A DNA stretch of 39,233 bases from sequence record MK903279.1; one strand, written 5' to 3'. Positions within the stretch are counted from its first letter, which is position 1, and every line of letters begins with the position of its first letter. The notes under the pieces are model-generated. The model saw only the letters and a program-made list of their open reading frames with translations, searched no databases and had not been told where the DNA came from. Positions 18,310 to 26,673 of this stretch are shown here, one piece after another. Source of the stretch: Escherichia phage Peacock. Both the position numbers and the translations under genes were made by a program.

Positions 18310-19878
18310 ATGGCTGAACGTGAAGGGTTCGCTGCTGAAGGAGCCAAAGCGGTCTATGACCGACTGAAGAACGGTAGACAGCCATATGAGACACGCGCTC
18401 AGAACTGTGCTGCTGTCACTATCCCGTCACTATTTCCTAAGGAGTCAGACAACTCGTCTACCGAGTACACAACTCCGTGGCAAGCTGTAGGTGCTCGCTG
18501 TCTTAACAACTTGGCTGCAAAGCTGATGTTGGCGTTATTCCCTCAGTCACCGTGGATGCGTCTGACAGTCTCAGAATACGAGGCCAAGACCTTGAGTCAA
18601 GACTCAGAGGCAGCTGCTCGTGTTGACGAAGGGCTGGCTATGGTCGAACGTGTGTTAATGGCCTACATGGAGACTAACAGCTTCCGTGTTCCACTGTTCG
18701 AAGCTCTGAAACAGCTTATCGTCTCAGGTAACTGTCTTCTCTACATTCCTCCTCCAGAACAAGGAACCTACAGTCCCATGCGAATGTACCGCTTAGTGTC
18801 TTACGTTGTTCAACGTGATGCGTTCGGTAACATCTTGCAGATTGTGACTCTCGACAAGGTAGCGTTCAGTGCCCTACCGGAAGACGTGAAGTCTCAGCTC
18901 AACGCAGACGACTATGAGCCTGACACCGAGCTTGAAGTGTATACGCACATCTACCGTCAAGACGACGAGTATCTACGCTACGAGGAAGTGGAAGGAATTG
19001 AGGTAGCAGGGACCGATGGTTCCTACCCGCTGACTGCATGTCCGTACATCCCGGTACGAATGGTTCGACTGGATGGTGAAGACTACGGTCGTTCTTACTG
19101 CGAAGAGTATCTGGGAGACCTGAACTCTCTGGAGACGATTACAGAAGCTATCACCAAAATGGCTAAGGTAGCCTCCAAGGTGGTGGGCCTCGTTAACCCG
19201 AACGGCATCACGCAACCTCGACGTCTGAACAAGGCGGCTACAGGTGAGTTCGTTGCTGGTCGCGTTGAGGACATCAACTTCCTGCAACTGACGAAAGGTC
19301 AGGACTTTACGATTGCTAAGTCGGTGGCTGACGCTATCGAGCAACGTTTAGGCTGGGCCTTCCTTCTTAATAGTGCTGTTCAGCGTAATGCCGAGCGTGT
19401 CACTGCTGAAGAGATTCGTTATGTTGCTGGCGAACTGGAGGCGACCTTAGGTGGCGTGTACTCAGTACAGTCACAAGAGCTTCAGTTACCTATCGTCCGT
19501 GTGCTGATGAACCAGCTTCAGTCTGCTGGAATGATTCCTGACCTTCCGAAAGAAGCGGTAGAGCCTACGGTCTCCACTGGTCTGGAAGCGTTAGGTCGTG
19601 GTCAAGACTTAGAGAAGCTGACTCAGGCAGTCAACATGATGACCGGGCTACAGCCTCTGCAACAGGACCCAGACATTAACTTGCCGACCCTGAAGCTGCG
19701 ACTGCTGAATGCCTTAGGCATTGACACCGCTGGTCTACTCCTTACGCAGGACGAGAAGTTGCAACGTATGGCTGAACAATCCGCTCAAGGAGCTGTGGTC
19801 AACGGTGCGTCTGCTGCTGGTGCTAACATGGGAGCTACTGTTGGACAAGTAGCTGGTGAGGACGTGGCTCAAGCCTAA
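18310..19878 (+). CDS. Portal (head-to-tail connector) protein (T7 gene 8 homolog)
   Basis: ...YETRAQNCAA.TIPSLFPKESDNSSTEYTTPWQAVGAR.LNNLA.KLMLALFP... and ...YRLVSYVVQRDAFGNILQ... match T7 gp8. Confidence 0.95.
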   Translation: MAEREGFAAEGAKAVYDRLKNGRQPYETRAQNCAAVTIPSLFPKESDNSSTEYTTPWQAVGARCLNNLAAKLMLALFPQSPWMRLTVSEYEAKTLSQDSEAAARVDEGLAMVERVLMAYMETNSFRVPLFEALKQLIVSGNCLLYIPPPEQGTYSPMRMYRLVSYVVQRDAFGNILQIVTLDKVAFSALPEDVKSQLNADDYEPDTELEVYTHIYRQDDEYLRYEEVEGIEVAGTDGSYPLTACPYIPVRMVRLDGEDYGRSYCEEYLGDLNSLETITEAITKMAKVASKVVGLVNPNGITQPRRLNKAATGEFVAGRVEDINFLQLTKGQDFTIAKSVADAIEQRLGWAFLLNSAVQRNAERVTAEEIRYVAGELEATLGGVYSVQSQELQLPIVRVLMNQLQSAGMIPDLPKEAVEPTVSTGLEALGRGQDLEKLTQAVNMMTGLQPLQQDPDINLPTLKLRLLNALGIDTAGLLLTQDEKLQRMAEQSAQGAVVNGASAAGANMGATVGQVAGEDVAQA

Positions 19879-19896
19879 ACTATCACTATAGGAACA
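19874..19896 (+). promoter_or_regulatory. Phage promoter (phi9-like)
   Basis: CCTAAACTATCACTATAGGAACA; overlaps the portal stop. Confidence 0.7.
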
Positions 19897-19993
19897 CCGA
19901 AAGTAAGAGCGACTAAGCCGACCATATGGTAGCCGTTAGTTACACACTGCAAGTAGGTGTTTACCTATTAACGACTTAAAGGAGAATGACTCA

Positions 19994-20884
19994 ATGTCTC
20001 AATCAGTTTATGCCGAGTTCGGCGTTAGCTCTAATGCAATCACTGGTTCAGTTGAGGACCTGAACGAACACCAAAAGTCTATGCTTGAACAGGACGTAGC
20101 TGTTCGTGATGGGGACGACGCTATTACCTTCAAGCAACTGGAAGCCGAAAACGAAGAGGCTACCGAAGAAGACGAGAACGTCGAAGAGGCTGAAGGTGGA
20201 GAAGAAGAAGACCACGAGTCCGATGACGAAGAGTCTGAGACCGATGGTGAACAGCCTGAGTTCATTGAACTGGGTGATGCACCGAAAGAGCTGACCGAAA
20301 GTGTCACCGCTCTGGATGAAAACGAAGCTGCATTCGACGACATGGTGTCTTCTGCTGTGGAAGCTGGCAAGGTCACTGCTGATGAAATTACCGCTATCAA
20401 GGCTGAATACGCCAAGGACGGTAAGCTGTCTGACGCATCCTACGCTAAGTTGCAGGAAGCAGGTTATACCAAGCGTTTCGTAGATTCGTTTGTCCGTGGT
20501 CAGGAAGCTCTGGCTGAACAGTATGCTGCTGGAGTGGTTCGCTACGCTGGTGGAGCTGAACAGTTTAACCGCATTCTGTCTCACCTTGAGTCAACCGACC
20601 CGTCAACTCGTGAGGCACTGGAAGCTGCTATCGTTCGTAAGGACATTGCGACTACCAAAGCTCTGCTGAATCTGGCTGGCAAGACTCTTGGTAAAGCTGT
20701 AGGCGTTAAACCTCAGCGTACCATCACCAATCAGGCTAAACCTGTGGTAGCACCTAAGGCTCCTAAGACCGAAGCATTCAGCTCTAAGGCTGACATGATT
20801 AAGGCTATGAGTGACCCGCGATACCTGCGTGACGCTAAGTACACGATGGAAGTGCGCGCTAAGGTAGCTGCATCGAGCCTGTAG
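19994..20884 (+). CDS. Capsid assembly (scaffolding) protein (T7 gene 9 homolog)
   Basis: ...VYAEFGV.SNA.TGSVE...RDGDDAI..., acidic central region, ...AGYTKRFVDSFVRGQEAL.EQY... and ...IKAMSDPRY..DAKY... match T7 gp9. Confidence 0.9.
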   Translation: MSQSVYAEFGVSSNAITGSVEDLNEHQKSMLEQDVAVRDGDDAITFKQLEAENEEATEEDENVEEAEGGEEEDHESDDEESETDGEQPEFIELGDAPKELTESVTALDENEAAFDDMVSSAVEAGKVTADEITAIKAEYAKDGKLSDASYAKLQEAGYTKRFVDSFVRGQEALAEQYAAGVVRYAGGAEQFNRILSHLESTDPSTREALEAAIVRKDIATTKALLNLAGKTLGKAVGVKPQRTITNQAKPVVAPKAPKTEAFSSKADMIKAMSDPRYLRDAKYTMEVRAKVAASSL

Positions 20885-20885
20885 G

Positions 20886-20908
20886 ACTAAACTATCACTA
20901 TAGGGAGA
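20886..20908 (+). promoter_or_regulatory. Phage promoter (phi10-like), best consensus match
   Basis: ACTAAACTATCACTATAGGGAGACC; initiating GGGAGA as in T7 class III promoters. Confidence 0.75.
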
Positions 20909-21011
20909 CCAAGAGACAGACTCAAGGTTTCCCCTATTACTTCAGTCCATACGGATTGGGCGTACAGTAAGTAATAAACTTTATCTTTCAATTGAATAGG
21001 AGAATTATCAT

Positions 21012-22061
21012 ATGGCAAACGTTCCGGGTCAGAAAGTTGGTACAGACCAAGGTAAAGGCAAATCTGGTTCCGACGCTCTGGCGTTGTTCCTGAAGGTCTT
21101 TGCTGGCGAAGTCCTGACCGCATTCACTCGCCGCTCTGTAACTGCTGACAAGCATATTGTCCGCACCATTCAGAACGGTAAGTCTGCTCAGTTCCCGGTC
21201 ATGGGTCGCACCTCTGGTGTGTATCTGGCTCCGGGTGAGCGACTGTCCGATAAGCGTAAAGGTATCAAACATACCGAGAAAGTGATTACCATTGATGGTC
21301 TGCTGACTGCCGATGTGATGATTTTCGACATTGAAGACGCGATGAACCACTATGACGTGGCTGGCGAGTACTCCAACCAGTTGGGCGAAGCTCTGGCTAT
21401 CGCTGCTGATGGTGCGGTACTGGCTGAGATGGCTATTCTGTGTAACCTACCGGCTGCATCTGATGAAAACATCGCTGGTCTTGGCAAAGCGTCTGTGCTG
21501 GAAGTTGGTACTAAAGCCGACCTGAACACTCCGGCTAAGCTGGGTGAAGCAATCATCGGTCAACTGACCATTGCTCGTGCGAAGCTGACATCCAACTACG
21601 TTCCTGCTGGCGACCGTTACTTCTACACCACGCCGGACAACTACTCTGCAATCCTCGCGGCTCTGATGCCGAACGCTGCTAACTATGCTGCGCTGATTGA
21701 CCCAGAGACTGGTAACATCCGTAACGTAATGGGCTTCGTGGTTGTTGAAGTTCCACACTTGACTCAGGGTGGTGCTGGGGAAACTCGTGGTGACGATGGT
21801 ATCACTATTGCTACTGGTCAGAAGCACGCCTTCCCAGCTACTGCTACTGGTGATGTTAAAGTTGCTCTGGACAACGTTGTGGGCCTGTTCTCTCACCGTT
21901 CTGCTGTAGGTACTGTTAAGCTGCGTGACTTGGCGCTGGAACGTGACCGTGACGTCGATGCTCAGGGCGACCTGATTGTTGGTAAGTACGCTATGGGCCA
22001 CGGCGGTCTGCGTCCAGAAGCGGCAGGAGCACTGGTTTTCACAGCGGCGTCAGCGGGTTAA
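21012..22061 (+). CDS. Major capsid protein (T7 gene 10A homolog)
   Basis: ...LALFLKVF.GEVLTAF.R.SVT...KSAQFPV.GRT...YLAPGE...KHTEKVITIDGLLTADV.I.DIEDAMNHYDV... and ...HRSAVGTVKLRDLALER... match T7 gp10A. Confidence 0.97.
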   Translation: MANVPGQKVGTDQGKGKSGSDALALFLKVFAGEVLTAFTRRSVTADKHIVRTIQNGKSAQFPVMGRTSGVYLAPGERLSDKRKGIKHTEKVITIDGLLTADVMIFDIEDAMNHYDVAGEYSNQLGEALAIAADGAVLAEMAILCNLPAASDENIAGLGKASVLEVGTKADLNTPAKLGEAIIGQLTIARAKLTSNYVPAGDRYFYTTPDNYSAILAALMPNAANYAALIDPETGNIRNVMGFVVVEVPHLTQGGAGETRGDDGITIATGQKHAFPATATGDVKVALDNVVGLFSHRSAVGTVKLRDLALERDRDVDAQGDLIVGKYAMGHGGLRPEAAGALVFTAASAG

Positions 22062-22324
22062 CGACCTTTAAGGCCCTCTCTACAGAGGGTCCTACCTTAG
22101 AGACGTATAGTTCTACGGTGGGAACCAGCTTGAAGGTTGACTTCCCTGAGCTTTCAGATGTGACCGACTGGTCGCTGCTTGATGTTGCTACGCCTGATGG
22201 TGTTAGCTACTCCCGTAGAACCAACAGTCTCTACTTCAAGGCCACCTCTGGCGTGGAAGGTCTAGTGATTGTTGAGTATGACGGTTCGCCTGTGCGTTCC
22301 TTCAACGTATCTTTCACAAACTAA
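22034..22324 (+). CDS. Predicted -1 frameshift extension of the capsid protein (10B-like minor capsid C-terminal extension)
   Basis: Heptamer G_GTT_TTC at 22034-22040 sits 7 codons before the 10A stop; the -1 frame is open from there to TAA 22322-22324 (96 codons). Confidence 0.5.
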   Translation, partial: GFHSGVSGLTTFKALSTEGPTLETYSSTVGTSLKVDFPELSDVTDWSLLDVATPDGVSYSRRTNSLYFKATSGVEGLVIVEYDGSPVRSFNVSFTN

Positions 22325-22328
22325 TTGA

Positions 22329-22368
22329 AACCCCTTGGGTGCCTTCGGGTGCTTGAGGGGTTTTTTTG
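22329..22368 (+). terminator. Intrinsic terminator (T-phi-like) after the capsid gene
   Basis: CCCCTTGGGTGCC - TTCG - GGTGCTTGAGGGG (13-bp stem with G-U pairs, UUCG tetraloop) followed by TTTTTTT; closely resembles T7 T-phi as recalled. Confidence 0.8.
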
Positions 22369-22382
22369 CTTAAGGAGGGCCT

Positions 22383-22949
22383 ATGGCTCAATACATTCCA
22401 CTAAATGCTAACGATGACTTAGATGCCATCAACGATATGTTAGCTACTATCGGTGAACCAGCAGTCCTACAGCTTGACGAAGGTAACGCTGACGTCTCGA
22501 ACGCCCAACGTATCCTGCATCGTGTTAATCGTCAGGTCCAAGCTAAAGGCTGGAACTTTAACATCAACGAAGCTGCTGTCCTGACACCTGATATCCAAGA
22601 CAACAGGATTCGATTCCTACCGTCATACCTTCGGGTCATGACTGCTGGTGCTACCAGTTACTACAGCAACATGGGGGGCTATCTCTATGACCTGTCCACT
22701 CAGTCCACGACCTTCACTGGACCAATTACAGTCGAACTGGTGGAGATGAAACCGTTCGCTGAGATGCCTGTAGTATTCCGTGACTACATCGTTACCAAGG
22801 CTAGCCGTGAGTTCAACGCTAAGTTCTTCGGTAGCCCAGAGTCTGAACTGTACCTTCGTGAGCAGGAAGCAGAACTCTACCAGCAGGTGATGGAGTACGA
22901 GATGGACACTGGTCGATACAACATGATGTCCGACATCGGGAGGGACTAA
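22383..22949 (+). CDS. Tail tubular protein A (T7 gene 11 homolog)
   Basis: ...A.NDMLATIGEP.V..L.EGNAD..NAQRIL...NRQ.Q.KGW.FNI... and ...YIVTKASREFNAKFFG.PE... match T7 gp11. Confidence 0.92.
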   Translation: MAQYIPLNANDDLDAINDMLATIGEPAVLQLDEGNADVSNAQRILHRVNRQVQAKGWNFNINEAAVLTPDIQDNRIRFLPSYLRVMTAGATSYYSNMGGYLYDLSTQSTTFTGPITVELVEMKPFAEMPVVFRDYIVTKASREFNAKFFGSPESELYLREQEAELYQQVMEYEMDTGRYNMMSDIGRD

Positions 22950-23176
22950 TGTCTAGTCACAACCTGAAGATTCACCGCCAGCACTTTGGCCCGGTACAAC
23001 TAGGTCTAAAGACAGCAGAGCTGAGACTTAACGACCGGGACTTTAAGGTTGGCGACTGGCTTATCCTGAATGAGTGGGACAACGGGTATACTGGACAACA
23101 GGTAGCACGTAAGGTTGTCCACATTGCTGACGTTGGTGACATCGCTGAGGGATACGTCCTAATGAGTATGATTTAA
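22949..23176 (+). CDS. ASCH/DUF3850-like small protein inserted between tail tubular genes A and B
   Basis: HNLKIHRQHFGPVQLGLKTAELRLNDRDFKVGDWLILNEWDNGYTGQQVARKVVHI...EGYVLMSMI fits the DUF3850 pattern as recalled; ATG overlaps the gp11 stop (TAATG). Confidence 0.6.
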   Translation: MSSHNLKIHRQHFGPVQLGLKTAELRLNDRDFKVGDWLILNEWDNGYTGQQVARKVVHIADVGDIAEGYVLMSMI

Positions 23177-23185
23177 GGAGGGCCT

Positions 23186-25543
23186 ATGCCGCTAATTACT
23201 CAATCAATCAAGAACCTTAAAGGTGGTATTAGCCAGCAGCCAGACATACTGAGGTTCTCAGACCAAGGCGAGGAGCAAGTTAACTGCTGGTCATCCGAAA
23301 GTGATGGACTCCAGAAGCGTCCACCTACAGTCTTCAAGAGACGTCTTAACATCGACGTTGGGAGTAACCCTAAGTTCCACCTGATTAACCGTGACGAGCA
23401 TGAGCAGTATTACATCGTGTTCAATGGGTCCAACATTCAGGTAGTTGACTTGAGTGGTAATCAATACTCAGTTTCCGGTGCGGTAGATTACGTTAAGTCC
23501 TCCAACCCACGAGATGACATCCGTGTCGTTACCGTTGCAGACTATACGTTCATCGTGAACCGTAAGGTTGTCGTTAAAGGTGGAAGCGAGAAGTCACACT
23601 CTGGTTATAATCGTAAAGCACGTGCTTTAATTAACCTGCGTGGTGGACAGTATGGTCGCACCCTTAAGGTAGGAATCAACGGAGGAGTTAAGGTTTCGCA
23701 TAAGTTGCCAGCAGGTAATGATGCCGAGAATGACCCTCCTAAGGTTGATGCTCAGGCTATCGGTGCAGCTCTAAGAGACCTTCTTGTTGCTGCTTACCCT
23801 ACCTTCACGTTCGACCTTGGGTCTGGCTTCCTGTTAATCACTGCCCCTTCAGGTACTGACATTAACTCAGTGGAGACGGAGGATGGATACGCTAACCAGC
23901 TAATCAGCCCAGTCCTCGACACGGTGCAAACAATCTCTAAGTTGCCTCTTGCAGCTCCAAATGGGTACATCATTAAGATTCAAGGTGAGACCAACAGTAG
24001 CGCCGATGAATATTACGTGATGTATGACTCCAACACTAAGACGTGGAAGGAGACAGTAGAGCCGGGAGTGGTCACTGGGTTCGATAACACCACAATGCCA
24101 CATGCTCTGGTGAGACAATCTGACGGCTCCTTTGAGTTCAAGACTCTGGACTGGTCCAAGCGTGGTGCTGGTAATGATGACACAAACCCTATGCCTAGCT
24201 TCGTGGATGCCACGATTAACGATGTGTTCTTCTACAGGAACAGGCTGGGGTTCTTGTCAGGTGAGAACGTAATCATGAGCCGTTCAGCCAGCTACTTTGC
24301 GTTCTTCCCTAAGAGTGTGGCGACACTGAGTGATGATGACCCTATTGATGTAGCTGTAAGTCACCCTCGAATCTCAATCCTTAAGTATGCCGTTCCGTTT
24401 AGCGAGCAGCTACTACTTTGGTCTGATGAGGTTCAGTTCGTGATGACAAGCTCTGGGGTGCTTACCTCGAAGTCTATCCAGCTTGATGTAGGCTCAGAGT
24501 TTGCCTTAGGCGATAATGCCAGACCGTTCGCTGTAGGACGCTCAGTCTTCTTCTCAGCGCCTCGTGGGTCATTCACCAGCATTAAGCGATACTTCGCTGT
24601 AGCAGATGTGTCTGACGTGAAGGATGCCGATGATACCACTGGTCACGTACTGTCCTATATCCCTAACGGGGTGTTTGACATTCAAGGTACAGGGACTGAG
24701 AACTACATCTGCGTCAACTCTACAGGTGCATACAACCGAATCTACATCTACAAGTTCTTGTTTAAGGACGGCGTACAGCTTCAAGCCTCTTGGTCGCACT
24801 GGGAGTTCCCTAAAGCTGATAAGATTCTGGCGTCTGCGTCGATTGGCTCTACCATGTTCATTGTTCGTCAGCACCAAGGCGGAGTGGACATTGAGCACCT
24901 TAAGTTCATCAAGGAGGCAACTGACTTTCCGTTAGAGCCATACAGACTCCACGTTGACTCCAAGGTGTCTATGGTAATACCAATTGGCTCATACAACGCT
25001 GACACCTATAAGACTACGGTTGACATTGGTTCTGCTTATGGTGGAAACGCTCCGTCTCCCGGTCGGTACTATCTGATTGACAGTCAGGGTGCCTACGTGG
25101 ACCTTGGTGAATTGACCGACATCTCAGCTGTGGCTGTGCTCAATGGCGATTGGTCAGGACGTACAGTGTTCATCGGACGGTCTTATCTGATGACCTACAA
25201 GTTCTCACGGTTCCTGATTAAGATTGAAGACGAGAGTGGCACTCAGTCTGAAGACACTGGACGCCTACAACTTCGTCGGGCTTGGGTCAACTACAAGGAC
25301 ACTGGCGCTCTTAGACTCATTGTCAGAAACGGTGAGCGGGAGTTCGTTAACACCTTTAATGGGTACACCCTTGGTCAGCAAACCATCGGGACTACCAACA
25401 TTGGGGATGGTCAGTATCGCTTCGCTATGAATGGTAACGCATTAACCACGAGTCTAACCTTAGAGTCAGACTATCCTACCCCAGTGTCCATCGTTGGCTG
25501 TGGCTGGGAGGCGTCATACGCTAAGAAAGCTCGTTCCGTCTAA
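23186..25543 (+). CDS. Tail tubular protein B (T7 gene 12 homolog)
   Basis: MPLITQSIKNLKGGISQQPDILRF.DQG...WSSE.DGLQKRPP..., ...HLINRDEHEQYY... and ...GRLQLRRAWVNYKDTG... match T7 gp12. Confidence 0.95.
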   Translation: MPLITQSIKNLKGGISQQPDILRFSDQGEEQVNCWSSESDGLQKRPPTVFKRRLNIDVGSNPKFHLINRDEHEQYYIVFNGSNIQVVDLSGNQYSVSGAVDYVKSSNPRDDIRVVTVADYTFIVNRKVVVKGGSEKSHSGYNRKARALINLRGGQYGRTLKVGINGGVKVSHKLPAGNDAENDPPKVDAQAIGAALRDLLVAAYPTFTFDLGSGFLLITAPSGTDINSVETEDGYANQLISPVLDTVQTISKLPLAAPNGYIIKIQGETNSSADEYYVMYDSNTKTWKETVEPGVVTGFDNTTMPHALVRQSDGSFEFKTLDWSKRGAGNDDTNPMPSFVDATINDVFFYRNRLGFLSGENVIMSRSASYFAFFPKSVATLSDDDPIDVAVSHPRISILKYAVPFSEQLLLWSDEVQFVMTSSGVLTSKSIQLDVGSEFALGDNARPFAVGRSVFFSAPRGSFTSIKRYFAVADVSDVKDADDTTGHVLSYIPNGVFDIQGTGTENYICVNSTGAYNRIYIYKFLFKDGVQLQASWSHWEFPKADKILASASIGSTMFIVRQHQGGVDIEHLKFIKEATDFPLEPYRLHVDSKVSMVIPIGSYNADTYKTTVDIGSAYGGNAPSPGRYYLIDSQGAYVDLGELTDISAVAVLNGDWSGRTVFIGRSYLMTYKFSRFLIKIEDESGTQSEDTGRLQLRRAWVNYKDTGALRLIVRNGEREFVNTFNGYTLGQQTIGTTNIGDGQYRFAMNGNALTTSLTLESDYPTPVSIVGCGWEASYAKKARSV

Positions 25544-25567
25544 CTTATTGAAGGGCCTATAGATTTA

Positions 25568-25590
25568 CCTTAACTATCACTATAGGGACT
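25568..25590 (+). promoter_or_regulatory. Phage promoter (phi13-like), embedded in a 10-bp inverted repeat
   Basis: CCTTAACTATCACTATAGGGACT; flanked by GGGCCTATAG (25553-25562) and CTATAGGCCC (25589-25598). Confidence 0.7.
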
Positions 25591-25619
25591 ATAGGCCCTT
25601 AAGGTTATAAGGAGACTTT

Positions 25620-26090
25620 ATGTATATTCGCAAGGCTACGGAACCAGATGTCCACTACTTTATGCGACATCTTTCAGTAGATGACGTTAATGAGTGCAAA
25701 GCAAACTACGGGTCAACCGTTGGTCTCTCTGAAAGACTGCTTAAGCATTTATCTCCGTCATCTGTGGTTTTAACGAACAGTGTAGGTGAAGTGTTTGCCT
25801 ATGGTGGAAACCAAGGGGATAACGTATGGTTCTTGACTTCAGGTTTGGTCTACAAGCTGAGACCTAAAGAGAAGAGAGAGTTCATAAAGCGTATCTCTGA
25901 GTACAGGGACTTAATGTTAGACCAATACGGGACCATCTGGAACTACGTGTGGTCAGGCAATAAGTCTCACATTAAATTCTTGAAGTTGCTTGGCGCTAAA
26001 TTCCATGATGATTGGACTGTAAGTCCAGTAACTGGTGAGCGTTTTCAACTATTCACTATCTCTAAGGAGGACGTATGTGCGAGCCAGTAA
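25620..26090 (+). CDS. Gene 13-position internal virion protein A (156 aa)
   Basis: Assigned by position and size; AAGGAGA RBS; 3' end overlaps the gene 14 start as is usual in T7-like genomes. Confidence 0.55.
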   Translation: MYIRKATEPDVHYFMRHLSVDDVNECKANYGSTVGLSERLLKHLSPSSVVLTNSVGEVFAYGGNQGDNVWFLTSGLVYKLRPKEKREFIKRISEYRDLMLDQYGTIWNYVWSGNKSHIKFLKLLGAKFHDDWTVSPVTGERFQLFTISKEDVCASQ

Positions 26091-26662
26091 GTATCGGCAT
26101 GGGTATTCTGGCTGTATCTGGTGCCACTATGTCCGCTTCTAGTCAGGCCAAAGCTGAGGGTGCTGCTATCGACGCTCAGAACCGTCAGGCTCAGGAGATG
26201 GTTAAGCAGATGAACTACTCTGACGCCAACCTGAAGATGCAGGAGCGAGACCTGAAGGAACAGCAGATGGCTGAACTGACAGAGACCACGTTAAACGGTA
26301 TCCGCAATCAGGGTATGGTCCGAGCTGCGGTAGCTGAGTCCGGTTTGGAAGGTAACTCTATGGACAGGATTGAACGTCAGGTAGAGGGAGATACAGTCAA
26401 GGAGCGAGCCGGGATTACAGAAAGCTACAACCGCGACTATGCGGCTATCTTTGGGAACCGTATCGCCAACATTGAGAACACCAAGTCTGCTATCCGTGGT
26501 CAAGGTAAAATCATCAAGACCAGCCCACTAGCTCATGCACTTAATGTTGCTAACGCCGGGATGCAAGGGTACGCTGCTGGTAAATCTATCGCCGGACCTT
26601 CAAGCTCTGGTGGTGCTGCACCGATTAGTGCTGCTAAAGGCACACCTACAGGTCATAGCTAA
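26075..26662 (+). CDS. Internal virion protein B (T7 gene 14 homolog)
   Basis: MC... start, ...EGNSMDRIERQVEG... and ...SYNRDYAAIFG... resemble T7 gp14 (...EGSSMDRIKRVTEG..., ...NYRRDYQAIFA...). Confidence 0.85.
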   Translation: MCEPVSIGMGILAVSGATMSASSQAKAEGAAIDAQNRQAQEMVKQMNYSDANLKMQERDLKEQQMAELTETTLNGIRNQGMVRAAVAESGLEGNSMDRIERQVEGDTVKERAGITESYNRDYAAIFGNRIANIENTKSAIRGQGKIIKTSPLAHALNVANAGMQGYAAGKSIAGPSSSGGAAPISAAKGTPTGHS

Positions 26663-26673
26663 GAGGAGGACTA

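Noticed and set aside
20106-20483. Lys-rich + strand ORFs (20106..20294, 20301..20483) inside the scaffolding gene
   Set aside because: Alternative-frame readings of the GAA/GAG-rich acidic segment of gene 9; compositional artefact.
20048-20584. Minus-strand ORFs (this 178-codon one and all others in the track, e.g. 21447..22001, 15796..16179, 18059..18394, 28226..28546)
   Set aside because: Each lies antisense within a + strand gene with a confident protein match; T7-like genomes are transcribed from one strand and none of these has an RBS or a recognisable product.
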